Assembly (NCBI GenBank): GCA_945957395.1
Contig: CAMFKE010000005.1
Location: forward strand, 1 to 64,000
Source of the DNA: an uncultured Opitutia bacterium
Lineage (GTDB): Bacteria > Verrucomicrobiota > Verrucomicrobiia > Opitutales > UBA953
Length of the DNA stretch: 64,000 nucleotides
Reading direction: 5' to 3'
The notes under the pieces are model-generated. The model was not told where the DNA came from and did not search any database. It was given only the letters and a program-made list of their open reading frames with translations. Shown here piece after piece: positions 22,217 to 33,368 of the stretch. Numbering within the stretch: the stretch's first letter is position 1; each line of letters starts with the position of its first letter. The position numbers were made by a program, and so were the translations under genes.

Positions 22217-24295
22217 TCAGTCTTCGCCCATGCCCGCGGCTCGGGCGGCGCGCCAGGAAACGACCGCGCTGGAGACGACCATGATGACCGCCGCCCACAC
22301 GGGCGTGAGTTTCCCGGCCGCGGCCAGCGCTATACCGGCGATGTTGTAGGCGGCGGCCCAGAGCAGATTGATGTGCAGCGCCCGGTCGATGCGACGGCAC
22401 AACGCCACGGCCTTCGGCAGCGTGGTGAGGCTGTCGCCCGTGAGCACGCCGTGCGCGGCGGAGCGCGCGAGGTCGGTGCCCGCCCCCATGGCGATGGCGG
22501 CATCAGCACCGGCAAGCGCGGCGGCGTCATTGAGCCCGTCGCCAACGAACACCACCGTCTCGCCCTCCGATTTCCAATCCGCGATGCGCCCGGCCTTCTC
22601 GGCGGGGGTCAGGCCCGCCTCGGTAGCCGCGCCCGCCACACTGCGCCCGCGCGCATTGGCGTCTCCGGTGAGCACGGCGGTCTTCAGCCCGAGCGCCTCG
22701 AGATCGCGCAACACGCGGTCGGCGTCATCGCGGAACGATTCCTTCAAAAGCGCCAGCGCGGCGGGGCGTCCGTCAATCGAGGCGTAGATTCTCTTTTTCG
22801 CATCCTGTGTTCCGCGCTCCGAGTTCCGACTTCCGCGTTCGACGGTGTCGAGCGCCCGGGCGCAGGCTTCGCCGACCAGGGAGGCTTCGCCGATGAGGAG
22901 GTTATGCGTGTCGCCACAGTCATCCGTCACCTTCGCCCGGATGCCGGCGCCGGGAACGACGGTGACCTCCACGCCCGTGAGCCGCTCAAGCTCGTACAGG
23001 GAGGCGCCGAGCGCGGCGAAGGCGCGCGCCACGGGATGATTCACCAGTGCCTGCACGGCGCGCAGCAGGGCGTACACGCGACCCGCCTTGTCCTCGAAGC
23101 CGGGCGCGACGAACACCGCCTCCAGCGCCAGGTCGGTGTGAGAGAGCGTGCCGGTCTTGTCGAACACCACGCGGTCGGCGGCGGCGAGCCGCCCGATGAG
23201 GTCGGCGTGCTTGGAGACGAGGCCCAGCCGGCTGAGCTTGTGCAGCCCGCTCCAAATGGCGATGGGCGTGGCCAGCCCCAGCGCGCACGGGCACGCCACC
23301 AACAACACCGCCATTGCGTGGTGGATGCCGGCTCCGGGGCTTCGCGCGAGCAGCGCCCACCCGGCGAAGGTCGCGACGGCCAGGATCATCACGAGCGGGA
23401 AGAACCACCGGATGACGGCGTCGGCCTTCTCCTGATACCTCGACGGCGTCGCCTTCGCCTGCTCCACCGCAGCCAGGATGGCGTCAAGCCGGCGCAGGCC
23501 GGCATTGGGCCGGATGAGCAGGGCGCCGTCGCGCGAATAGGTGCCGGCGCTCACGAGGTCGCCCGGCCCGCGCGGCACGGGAAGCGCCTCGCCGGTCATG
23601 GCGGACTCAAGAATGTACCCGCGCCCGTCGAGTATCACGCCGTCCACCGGAATCGCCCCGCCAGGCGCGACGACCACGGTGTCGTGTGATGTGACTTCGG
23701 ATACGGGCGTGGGCGTCTGCGTGCCGTCGGGTTTGAGCACGATGGCGAGATCGAACGCCCGGCGAAGGTCGGCGACGGCGGCGAGCGCCTTGTCGCGCGA
23801 ATAGGCGCCGATGCGCCTGCCCACGGCGTAAATGGCGATGACGAGCGGGACGGTGTCGTAGTAGACCGCGCCGCCGCGCCCGGAAAGCGAGGTGAGCACG
23901 GAGGTGACGAACGCGCCCACGGCGCTGGCCACGAACAGGCTCTCGACCGTGATATTCAACCTCAGCCACGCCTTCGCGGCCTCCTTGAAAAGCTCGACGC
24001 CAAGCAGCGCCACCGAAGCCAAGCCGGCGGCGATCATGCCGCCATGCAGCCACCAGTAGGCCGGGGACGCGTCCGTGAGCGGCGCGCCGTGTTCGCCGGA
24101 CTCGTTCACATGCATGGCCCCGGCCATGATGAGCCCCACGAGCGCCAGGCACACGAGGAGCCGCCAGCGAAACGCGTCCCCCGACGAGGAGTCGACCTCA
24201 TCCGCAACGCCGGATTTCCCGCCGCAGCACGCCGGCGCGACGGGTTTCTTTTCAGGAACGGAACAGCAGGAGCCCATGCGGAAACTCAAAGGCAA
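22217..24295 (-). CDS. Heavy-metal (probably Cu+) translocating P1B-type ATPase
   Basis: TGE actuator (AMTGEALPV), CPC transmembrane metal site (ACPCALGLATP), DKTGTLS phosphorylation site, GDGLNDAAAL, plus YN...MVVSS (MxxSS) in the last helices. Cys-rich N-terminus MGSCCSVPEKKPVAPACCGG. Confidence 0.9.
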   Translation of the reverse strand: MPLSFRMGSCCSVPEKKPVAPACCGGKSGVADEVDSSSGDAFRWRLLVCLALVGLIMAGAMHVNESGEHGAPLTDASPAYWWLHGGMIAAGLASVALLGVELFKEAAKAWLRLNITVESLFVASAVGAFVTSVLTSLSGRGGAVYYDTVPLVIAIYAVGRRIGAYSRDKALAAVADLRRAFDLAIVLKPDGTQTPTPVSEVTSHDTVVVAPGGAIPVDGVILDGRGYILESAMTGEALPVPRGPGDLVSAGTYSRDGALLIRPNAGLRRLDAILAAVEQAKATPSRYQEKADAVIRWFFPLVMILAVATFAGWALLARSPGAGIHHAMAVLLVACPCALGLATPIAIWSGLHKLSRLGLVSKHADLIGRLAAADRVVFDKTGTLSHTDLALEAVFVAPGFEDKAGRVYALLRAVQALVNHPVARAFAALGASLYELERLTGVEVTVVPGAGIRAKVTDDCGDTHNLLIGEASLVGEACARALDTVERGSRNSERGTQDAKKRIYASIDGRPAALALLKESFRDDADRVLRDLEALGLKTAVLTGDANARGRSVAGAATEAGLTPAEKAGRIADWKSEGETVVFVGDGLNDAAALAGADAAIAMGAGTDLARSAAHGVLTGDSLTTLPKAVALCRRIDRALHINLLWAAAYNIAGIALAAAGKLTPVWAAVIMVVSSAVVSWRAARAAGMGED

Positions 24296-24349
24296 AACAC
24301 GAAGTGCAAAATGCCAAAATGAGGCCCAAAGGCTGCGAAAGAACGGCTA

Positions 24350-24856
24350 TCAGTCAGCTCTCAGCCCGGTTTGTTCGAGTCGCTTCTTGTGAACCGATGT
24401 GAGTTCCTCCGTAAGGTAATCTTGGTACAGAGGGACGATTTTCTGAATCTCCTCAACGGTGATTGCAGAGCAAAGCCGGGACACCTCTCCCTCCTTTGCT
24501 GCAATTGATTTTCCCACAGGGGATTCATAAAAGTCAGCCAGCGCCTGCAGTTCGGTTTCGGTGAACCGCTCCCTGTAGATTTTAGCGCAACTGGGCTCCA
24601 GCGCCGACCACGAGAGCTTTTCACGATACAGCGAGTTCATCCGGCGTTTCGCTTTCTCATAAGCAATCTTCTCGTCTTCGGCTGCATTTTTTGGAACCAA
24701 AGCGGCCCTGCGGTAAATGGACTCCATCGACTGTTCATGGATGGCCTTGAAGTTCATCGCGGCGAACACTCGTTTCACCAAGTCGTCCTTGGAGTCGGCC
24801 ATCAGCGGGGAAGCCGCTGATACCAGAAGGAGCAGAATCGTGATGGCCGTTTTCAT
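24350..24856 (-). CDS. Secreted DUF2059-like protein (low-GC gene)
   Basis: Signal peptide MKTAITILLLLVSAASPLMA. Helical ~170-aa protein. Local GC ~52% versus ~70% in the flanks. Confidence 0.6.
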   Translation of the reverse strand: MKTAITILLLLVSAASPLMADSKDDLVKRVFAAMNFKAIHEQSMESIYRRAALVPKNAAEDEKIAYEKAKRRMNSLYREKLSWSALEPSCAKIYRERFTETELQALADFYESPVGKSIAAKEGEVSRLCSAITVEEIQKIVPLYQDYLTEELTSVHKKRLEQTGLRAD

Positions 24857-24886
24857 GACAGATGTAGGAGGTGCCGGGGAAATCTC

Positions 24887-26659
<1,773 letters not shown>

Positions 26660-26683
26660 GTTGGGCGGAAAAAGGAAACGCGA

Positions 26684-26711
26684 AGGTTTCAGGTTTCAGG
26701 ATTCAGGTTTC
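26684..26711. repeat. Four tandem heptamers (aggtttc aggtttc aggattc aggtttc) in the argS/SDR divergent intergenic region
   Basis: Read directly from sequence 26684-26711, immediately upstream of the argS start (minus strand) and ~90 nt upstream of the SDR start. Confidence 0.5.
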
Positions 26712-26802
26712 AAGCGTGAAGGCGGGCCGGCCGGATTGCCGGGAGCCCCGCCGAGGCGGAATACTTGCGTTTCCCCGGTTGGACGACACGCTCCCGAAGC
26801 CT

Positions 26803-27540
26803 ATGGCTACAACTACGAAAAAACCATTGATTGTCATTACAGGCGCCAGCTCGGGCATCGGTGAAGCGACGGCGAAGCTGCTCGCCGCCCACGGCCACCC
26901 CCTCCTGCTTCTGGCCAGAAGATTGCAGAGGCTCGAAGCGCTCAACCTGCCCGACGCGATGTGCCGCAGGGTCGATATCACCGACCGCGAGGCGGTGCTC
27001 AAGGCTGTGGCGGAGGCGGAGGCGGCCTACGGGCCCGCGGACTGCATGGTGAACAACGCGGGCGTGATGCTGCTGGGCAAAATGACGGAGCAGGACCCCG
27101 CGGAATGGGACCGCATGCTCGATGTGAATGTGCGCGGGCTGCTCAACGGCATGCACGCCGTGGTCAAGGGCATGGTGGAGCGCGGCCGCGGCACCATCAT
27201 CAATGTGAGCTCCATCGCCGGGCGAAAGACCTTCCCCAACCATGTCGCGTATGTGGGGACCAAGTTCGCCGTGCACGCGCTCTCGGAAAACCTTCGCGAG
27301 GAGGTGGCCCCTCACGGCGTGCGCGTGACCGTCATCGCGCCCGGCGCCGTCGAGACCGAACTGCTCAGCCACACCACCGACGCCTCGATCATCGAGGGCT
27401 ACCAGGCGTGGAAGGCCGGCATGGGCGGTCGAGTGCTGAGCTCCGACGATGTGGCGAAGGCCATCGAGTACGCCTACAATCAGCCGCAGGAGGTGTGCAT
27501 CCGGGAAATCGTGCTGGCGGCCACCCGTCAGCAGGCCTGA
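26803..27540 (+). CDS. Short-chain dehydrogenase/reductase (SDR)
   Basis: TGASSGIGEATA Rossmann motif, NNAG, catalytic Y..xK (AYVGTKFAV). Confidence 0.85.
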   Translation: MATTTKKPLIVITGASSGIGEATAKLLAAHGHPLLLLARRLQRLEALNLPDAMCRRVDITDREAVLKAVAEAEAAYGPADCMVNNAGVMLLGKMTEQDPAEWDRMLDVNVRGLLNGMHAVVKGMVERGRGTIINVSSIAGRKTFPNHVAYVGTKFAVHALSENLREEVAPHGVRVTVIAPGAVETELLSHTTDASIIEGYQAWKAGMGGRVLSSDDVAKAIEYAYNQPQEVCIREIVLAATRQQA

Positions 27541-27601
27541 CGCGACACGCCTCCCTCTCCGCGAGATGCGGTCATCCGACGCGGAAGGAAATCACCAACG
27601 T

Positions 27602-27636
27602 AAAAAGGGCCCCGGGAAGGGGCCCTTTTCATTTTC
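27602..27636. terminator. Bidirectional terminator between SDR(+) and flotillin(-)
   Basis: aaaaa-gggcccc-gggaa-ggggccc-tttt. Confidence 0.5.
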
Positions 27637-27656
27637 AAAGCGTATCCTCAGAGCGC

Positions 27657-29192
27657 TTACGCCTTGGGGGTCTCGTCCTTGGGCGAGCCGCCCTCGTAGG
27701 TGCCGAGAATCTTGGGGAGATCGAGGCCGACGGACTTGCCCATCTCGTGCAGAGGCAGGGTGTCCCTGACCAGGTTCTGCACGAACCCGCCCACGGAGCC
27801 GCCGTCCTTGCCGCCGCCCATGACGACGACCTTGTCGAACTTGAGGCCCTTGATGGCGCCGGTCTGGAACTCGACGATCTTGGTGAGCTGTTCGGTGATG
27901 AGCAGGCGGTTGGCGGCGTCGGGGGTGCCGGCGGCGCCGACAAGGCGCTCGAAGCCCTGGGCCTTCGATTCGAGGATGGCGCGCACGCCCTGAGCCTCGG
28001 CAAGCAGCTTGGCCTGCGTGCCGGCGGCCTCACCCTGGCCGATGAAGGCGATACCGTCACCCTCGGCCTTCTTCTTGACCATGATGGCGTCGGCCTCGCC
28101 CTTGGCGACGGCGGCGATACCTTCGGCCTCACCCTTCTTTTGAATGACGAACGAGTCGGCGGCGCCCTTCTGGTTGCGACGCTGCACCTCGGCGTTGGCC
28201 TCGGCCTCGATCTCGCGACGACGCTTGTCGATGTCGGCCTTCACAAGAATATCGGCCTCCTGCGAAGCCTTTTCGCGGTTGGCGCGGGTGAGCTCGGCTT
28301 CCTTTTCGGCCACATAGGCCTCCTGGAGCGCTTGGGCGGCCTGCACCTTGTCGGCGACTTCGGCGAGGCGGCGGGTCTCGGCCTTCTTCACCTCCAGGGC
28401 GGCGTTGGACTCGGCGATGCGCATCTTGGCCTCGTTCTCACCGGCGATGGCGGCAGCCTGGGCGCCGGCCACGCGGATGGCCTGCTCGCGCTGCGCCTCG
28501 GCCTTGCCGATTTCGCCGCGCTGGGTCTCGAGGGCCACCTTCACGAGCGCCTCGTTGATGGCGCGCGAAGCGGCCTCCTTACCGAGGGCCTCGATGTATC
28601 CGGAGGCGTCGCGGATGTCGGTGATGTTGGCGTTGATGAGCTTCAGGCCGACCTTGTGGAGTTCGACTTCGACGCCGTTGGAGATGCCCTGAATGAGCTT
28701 CTCGCGGTTGGCGTTGATTTCCTCGATGGTCATGCCGGCGATGACGACGCGCATCTGACCCATGATGATTTCGGTGGCCAGGGCGCGAACTTCGTCGGAA
28801 TCGCGGCCGAGCAGACGGGTGGCGGCGTTCTCCATGATGCCGGGCTCGGTGGACACGGCCACGATGAAGGCGGAGGGCACATCCACGCGGATGTTCTGCG
28901 AGGAAAGCGCGCCCTTGAGCGGCACATCGATGTTGATGGGCGTCAGGTCCAGGTAGGAATAGTTCTGGATGACGGGCAGAACGAAGGTGGAGCCGCCATG
29001 GTAGCACTTGGACGACTGGCCGTCGCCGACCTTGCCGTAGACCACGAGGATGCGATCGGGCGGGCACATGCGGTAGCGCGAAATGCACCAGGCAAGCACG
29101 CCGAGAATGAAGAAGATCACCACGGCGCCGGCGAACATGGTGGCGAGGCCCGAGTCATCGGACGCCGCAAGCAACAGGGAGGAGTAACTCAT
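27657..29192 (-). CDS. Flotillin-family SPFH-domain protein (YqiK/FloA-like)
   Basis: N-terminal TM, SPFH domain, then a long Ala/Glu-rich coiled coil (EAQREQAIRVAGAQAAAIAGENEAKMRIAE...). Confidence 0.9.
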   Translation of the reverse strand: MSYSSLLLAASDDSGLATMFAGAVVIFFILGVLAWCISRYRMCPPDRILVVYGKVGDGQSSKCYHGGSTFVLPVIQNYSYLDLTPINIDVPLKGALSSQNIRVDVPSAFIVAVSTEPGIMENAATRLLGRDSDEVRALATEIIMGQMRVVIAGMTIEEINANREKLIQGISNGVEVELHKVGLKLINANITDIRDASGYIEALGKEAASRAINEALVKVALETQRGEIGKAEAQREQAIRVAGAQAAAIAGENEAKMRIAESNAALEVKKAETRRLAEVADKVQAAQALQEAYVAEKEAELTRANREKASQEADILVKADIDKRRREIEAEANAEVQRRNQKGAADSFVIQKKGEAEGIAAVAKGEADAIMVKKKAEGDGIAFIGQGEAAGTQAKLLAEAQGVRAILESKAQGFERLVGAAGTPDAANRLLITEQLTKIVEFQTGAIKGLKFDKVVVMGGGKDGGSVGGFVQNLVRDTLPLHEMGKSVGLDLPKILGTYEGGSPKDETPKA

Positions 29193-29243
29193 TTATCTCA
29201 GTTATTATTGGTTGGTTTTAGGAAACACAGAGGGTCGCGGAGC

Positions 29244-29828
29244 TCAGGCTTTCTCGACCGTAAGCAGACGGCCGTCGCTGGCGGTCACCCGGATGCGGGT
29301 GCCCGCGGGCAGCGCCTCGGCGCCGTTTTGCACGGCGGGCAGCGTCTCGTTGCGGTTGTCAAAGGTGACGACCACCTGGCCGCCCGCGGCGCCGGAAGGG
29401 GGGATGCTCACATAAACGGAGCCGGTGGCGCCCACGGCCTTGTCGTAGCGCATGGTGCCGTCGGACTTCAGCTTGCGCATGGACCTCAGCGTGAAACGGA
29501 TGGCGTACATGACGATCACGCCGGCGACGAGTGCTGCGAGAGCGGCGAGAGGAAGCGAATGACCGGACTGCAGGCTGATGTAGCCGGCCCAGCCGAAACC
29601 GAGGAAAAACCCGGTGATGGCGCGAATCGAGAACGCCTCGGCGTCGCCGGTGCTGTCGCCATGCTCCAGGCCCAGGGCGGCTGCGTCGTGATCGAGCCCC
29701 AGAAGTCCGGCCAGCGAGAGGCCGATGGCGATCAGACTGGACATGAGGGCGATGAAGAAAAAGACGCGGTGGGCTGTGGCCAGTTCGGCCCACCATTGAT
29801 CCATCCCGGCGAGTAATAGCGTATGCAT
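29244..29828 (-). CDS. NfeD/YqiJ-like membrane protein (flotillin-associated)
   Basis: Multi-TM N-terminus plus C-terminal OB-like beta domain (GQVVVTFDNRNETLPAVQNG...RIRVTASDGRLLTVEKA). Immediately upstream of the flotillin gene on the same strand. Confidence 0.7.
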   Translation of the reverse strand: MHTLLLAGMDQWWAELATAHRVFFFIALMSSLIAIGLSLAGLLGLDHDAAALGLEHGDSTGDAEAFSIRAITGFFLGFGWAGYISLQSGHSLPLAALAALVAGVIVMYAIRFTLRSMRKLKSDGTMRYDKAVGATGSVYVSIPPSGAAGGQVVVTFDNRNETLPAVQNGAEALPAGTRIRVTASDGRLLTVEKA

Positions 29829-30031
29829 GAGGGTTTGGGGTTGCGCCGAAGCTGGGGAGTTACCGGGAGGCGGGCAAGCCGAAGCGGAACGATTCCAAAG
29901 CGAATGAGAGCCTGTAATGCCGATGCCATCGGGGCTCGAGGGCGGTTTGAAGGTTTTTTTCTTTTCGCCTTGCGCGACCCCGGGTCGGGCCTACCGTCCG
30001 CCCCCTTCAAACAACCCTTTAAGGAACAAAC

Positions 30032-30202
30032 ATGCCTCGCGAAACCATCATCCTCGAATGCTCCGAAGCCCGCAAGGAGGGCAAGTCTCCCTCGCGCTAC
30101 ATGACCACGCGCAACAAGAAGACCATGCAGGAGAAGATCGAGAAGCTTAAGTACAACCCGGCCCTCAAGCGCCGCTCCCTGCACAAGGAAGTCAAGGGCT
30201 AA
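30032..30202 (+). CDS. rpmG: 50S ribosomal protein L33 (56 aa; below the ORF-track size cutoff)
   Basis: ATG at 30032 preceded by aagga RBS. Translation MPRETIILECSEARKEGKSPSRYMTTRNKKTMQEKIEKLKYNPALKRRSLHKEVKG matches L33 consensus (..TT.NK.T...KLE..KY.P....H...KE.K). TAA at 30200-30202. Confidence 0.85.
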   Translation: MPRETIILECSEARKEGKSPSRYMTTRNKKTMQEKIEKLKYNPALKRRSLHKEVKG

Positions 30203-30247
30203 GCCCTCTTCGCCCGCGCCTGGCGCAGGCGAAACTTCTTGAAGACA

Positions 30248-30278
30248 AGGCCGCCCGGATTTCCGGGCGGCCTTGTTG
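30248..30278 (+). terminator. Rho-independent terminator after rpmG
   Basis: aaggccgcccgg-atttc-cgggcggcctt hairpin then ttg. Confidence 0.55.
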
Positions 30279-30383
30279 CATTCGCACACCGAATACGCCC
30301 CCACCCCGAAGAGGCCGCGCAAAAAAAAGGCCGCATCCGGAAAAATCGGAGGCGGCCCTGGCGGTATGTCTAATGCTGCGGAA

Positions 30384-30629
30384 TCAAACGGTCGGAAGCC
30401 GACGGGCCGCGCGCCATTTTTCACGGTGATTGCGAACCCAATCCACAAGGGCGCGCTCGAATCCGATGTCGCGCCCCTGCTTTTCCGATTCAATCCACTT
30501 GTGCCGCATGATTTCCTCCCGCTCGGCGAGGAACTCCCTGTAGAGGCTGGAGCGGCTGGCGAAGGGCGCCGAAAACTCCGTCTCTTGGGCGGTCTGACCG
30601 GTGGGGGATGGTTGTGTTGTGGCGTTCAC
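30384..30629 (-). CDS. Small conserved hypothetical protein (possibly DUF4032-like)
   Basis: C-terminal HKWIESEKQGRDIGFERALVDWVRNH pattern. Probable GTG start at 30629 with AAAGAGG RBS 8 nt upstream. A minus-strand terminator (gccgcc...ggcggc plus T8) lies just downstream at 30331-30368. Confidence 0.4.
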   Translation of the reverse strand: MNATTQPSPTGQTAQETEFSAPFASRSSLYREFLAEREEIMRHKWIESEKQGRDIGFERALVDWVRNHREKWRAARRLPTV

Positions 30630-30749
30630 AGGTGATGCCTCTTTGTTTAAAACTCGCCGGGAAACTGTCCAGTTTTGCGCGATAATCAAGCGGGGGCGGG
30701 AGAGGTTTTTACCCTGTTTTAAGCCCGGCTCCACCCGAAAGCCGCAGCC

Positions 30750-31808
30750 TCACAAGCCGAGCTTTTGAAGGAGGCGCAGGGCGATGCTGCGGAAGGCCCG
30801 AGCGGCATTGGAATCCGGGTGGGCGACGCACACCGGCACGCCGCGGTCGCCGCCTTCGCGCACGCGCGGGTCCAGCGGCACCTCGCCGAGGAATTCCGTG
30901 CCCAGGTCGCCGGCTGTGCGAAGGCCGCCGCCCTGACCGAAGAGGTACTGGCGCTGACCGGCGGAGTCCTCGAAATAGCTCATGTTCTCGGCGACCCCCA
31001 GCAGGGGCACCTCCATTTTGCCGAAAAGCATGGCGCCGCGCCGCGCCACGGAAACCGCGGCCTCCTGCGGGGTGGTCACGATGACGGCGCCGGAAAGCGG
31101 AATGGTCTGCACCAGCGAGAGCTGGGCGTCGCCGGTACCCGGAGGCAGGTCGACGAGCAACAGGTCGAGTTCTCCCCAGCGCACCTGCGTGGCGAACTGG
31201 CGGATGGTTTTCATGATCATCGGGCCGCGCCACAGCACGGGCTGATCCGGGTCGATGAGCAGACCCATGGACATGGCGCGCACGCCGAAATTCTCCACCG
31301 GCACGATGTTCTCGTCGGCGTCGATTTCTGGCCGGGCGCCAACGCCGAGCATGAGGGGCACGGAAGGCCCGTAGATATCGCAGTCCATCAGGCCGGCCCG
31401 ATGCGGGCGCCCGCGCGAGGCGAGTTCGCGCGCGACGGCCACGGCGAGGTTCACGGAGAAGGTGGACTTGCCCACGCCGCCCTTCCCGGAGGCGACGGCC
31501 ACGACATGGCGCACGGTCGGCATCGGCGCGGGGGGAGGAACGCCCCCCTGCTGAGGCGCGGCGGCCGGGCGGGTCACGCCGATGGTGACCTCGGGCGACT
31601 TGGCGCCGGCGGAACGCAGCGCGGACTCGGCGGCCTCACCAATCTGCTTCACCACCGCGTCGTCGTTCGTCGCGATCGACAGGTTCACGGAAACGCCCCC
31701 GTCCGGAGTGACCTCGACCCCGCGGACGAGCCCGAAGGAGACGATGTCCCGGGTGAAGCCCGGGTATTTCACGCCGCGGAGGGCGTTCAGTGCGATGTCT
31801 TTGTCCAT
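30750..31808 (-). CDS. apbC: Fe-S cluster carrier ATPase Mrp/ApbC/NBP35 with N-terminal MIP18/DUF59 domain
   Basis: N-terminal DUF59 (ALRGVKYPGFTRDIVSFGLV), deviant Walker A SGKGGVGKST, and CxxC-like CDIYGPS region. Confidence 0.9.
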   Translation of the reverse strand: MDKDIALNALRGVKYPGFTRDIVSFGLVRGVEVTPDGGVSVNLSIATNDDAVVKQIGEAAESALRSAGAKSPEVTIGVTRPAAAPQQGGVPPPAPMPTVRHVVAVASGKGGVGKSTFSVNLAVAVARELASRGRPHRAGLMDCDIYGPSVPLMLGVGARPEIDADENIVPVENFGVRAMSMGLLIDPDQPVLWRGPMIMKTIRQFATQVRWGELDLLLVDLPPGTGDAQLSLVQTIPLSGAVIVTTPQEAAVSVARRGAMLFGKMEVPLLGVAENMSYFEDSAGQRQYLFGQGGGLRTAGDLGTEFLGEVPLDPRVREGGDRGVPVCVAHPDSNAARAFRSIALRLLQKLGL

Positions 31809-31949
31809 GGGCGATTTTTTGCGAACAATCCCGGATTGCTTCATGCGGGAAAAGCGGCAGTCCAAAACGCCCGATTCGGACGCTCCGGCAAATCAAATCC
31901 CGACCTGGCCGGCGCGCGCGAAACAACCTCCTTTTCAAAAAAAATCCCC

Positions 31950-33164
31950 ATGCTTTCGCCTCGCTCAAAAACCACGTTCCTCGCGGCCCTCGCCGCTCTC
32001 GCCCTAGTCCCGGCCGCCTCGCAAGCGCAGGGCAAGGAGGTCAGGGCCGAAGGCGTCAGCGGAGTGACCGAGCGTAACAACGCGCGCGCCGTGGCCGTCG
32101 AGGGCGACGCCGACCTCGCGGGTTGGGCGACGAAGGCGATCAACGCGCACGGCGCATTCGATGTGAAGCCCGGCGCGTCGCTGAAAATTCGCTTCACCAA
32201 GGCCGGCGCGAACGCCGTGTCGGTCAGCTTCTCCGGCGCCGAGACCTGGTCGGCCACCGCCAACGGCGCGAGCTCGCTGGGCGCGCTTTGGGCGGCGGTG
32301 GACGCCGCCCTGGTGGAGGCCGGCAAGAAGTACGCGGTGAAGCCGCTCTTCTCCCGCACCAAGATCGCGTTCGTGCGCGACACGGGCGGCAGCCGCTCGG
32401 AAATCTACATGGGCGACCTCATGCTGCCCGCCGCCACCCCCCTGACGGCGCACGGCTCGAGCTCCTCGGCGCCGCACTGGGCGCCCGACGGCCGCTCCGT
32501 CTACTACACCTCCCACTTCCGAAGCGGCGCGGCCGATGTGTTCCGCGTGAGCGTCGGCGGCGGCTCCTCGCCCGTGGCGACCTTCAAGGGCACGAACACC
32601 GGCGGCGCCGTCAGCCCCGACGGCTCGCGCATCGCGCTGTCGCTCTCCCCCAAGGGCACCTGCGACATCTATGTCGCCTCGGCCTCCGGCGCCAACCCGC
32701 GCCCCATCGCGGCCACCGACGATGTGGAAATCTCGCCCTGCTGGTCGCCCGACGGCACGCGCATCGCCTACACCGGAGGCCCCTCGGGCAAGCCCGCCGT
32801 CCTCATCGTGTCCGCCTCGGGAGGCGCGCCGCGCAAGGTGTCCACCGGCGGCTACGCCACCGAGCCGTCGTGGAACCCCGTCTTCACGAACCAGATCGCC
32901 TACACGCAGGGCAACTGCGCCGGCATCGGCGTGGCCGACCTGGGCGGCGCCAGCTTCTCGGTGCCGTCGGACCCGAAGGGCAAGCGCATCAATCAGCCCG
33001 TCTCGCACCCGTCGTGGTGCGCGGACGGCCGCCATGTGGTGGTGACCATCGGCTCCGGCAAGTCGACCAAGGTCGGCCTTCTCGACACCCAGAGCGGCAA
33101 ACTCACGACGCTCTCCGGCTCCTTCGGCAACTGCTCGGAACCCTCGGCTCTCGTGACGCGCTGA
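31950..33164 (+). CDS. TolB-like periplasmic beta-propeller protein
   Basis: Signal peptide MLSPRSKTTFLAALAALALVPAASQA. Repeated xPxWSPDGxxIAY propeller blades (HWAPDGRSVYY, VSPDGSRIAL, CWSPDGTRIAY, PSWNPVFTNQIAY). Confidence 0.75.
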   Translation: MLSPRSKTTFLAALAALALVPAASQAQGKEVRAEGVSGVTERNNARAVAVEGDADLAGWATKAINAHGAFDVKPGASLKIRFTKAGANAVSVSFSGAETWSATANGASSLGALWAAVDAALVEAGKKYAVKPLFSRTKIAFVRDTGGSRSEIYMGDLMLPAATPLTAHGSSSSAPHWAPDGRSVYYTSHFRSGAADVFRVSVGGGSSPVATFKGTNTGGAVSPDGSRIALSLSPKGTCDIYVASASGANPRPIAATDDVEISPCWSPDGTRIAYTGGPSGKPAVLIVSASGGAPRKVSTGGYATEPSWNPVFTNQIAYTQGNCAGIGVADLGGASFSVPSDPKGKRINQPVSHPSWCADGRHVVVTIGSGKSTKVGLLDTQSGKLTTLSGSFGNCSEPSALVTR

Positions 33165-33187
33165 GCGCACGCCAAACCAAGGTCGGC

Positions 33188-33230
33188 GAAGGGCGAAAGG
33201 GGCGACCCCCTTTCGCCCTTCGTTTGTTTT
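33188..33230 (+). terminator. Strong rho-independent terminator after the tolB-like gene
   Basis: Perfect 15-bp stem gaagggcgaaagggg / cccctttcgcccttc, loop cgac, followed by gtttgtttt. Confidence 0.65.
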
Positions 33231-33368
33231 CGCACGCGGCCTGCGCGTGGAAAAACGCGCCGGATTTGGAACAAACCCGGGCTTGCGAAAATCGGGCGAG
33301 GCATAATATACGCGCGGCTCCAACGCCCCGTGCGCGTTGATACCACTCATCCGAATACACAACAGACC

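Noticed and set aside
30765-31949. N-terminal 395 aa of the 799-aa ORF 30765..33164 (+)
   Set aside because: That portion is antisense to the Mrp/ApbC gene and low-complexity. The real gene on that frame begins at ATG 31950 with a signal peptide (the TolB-like protein).
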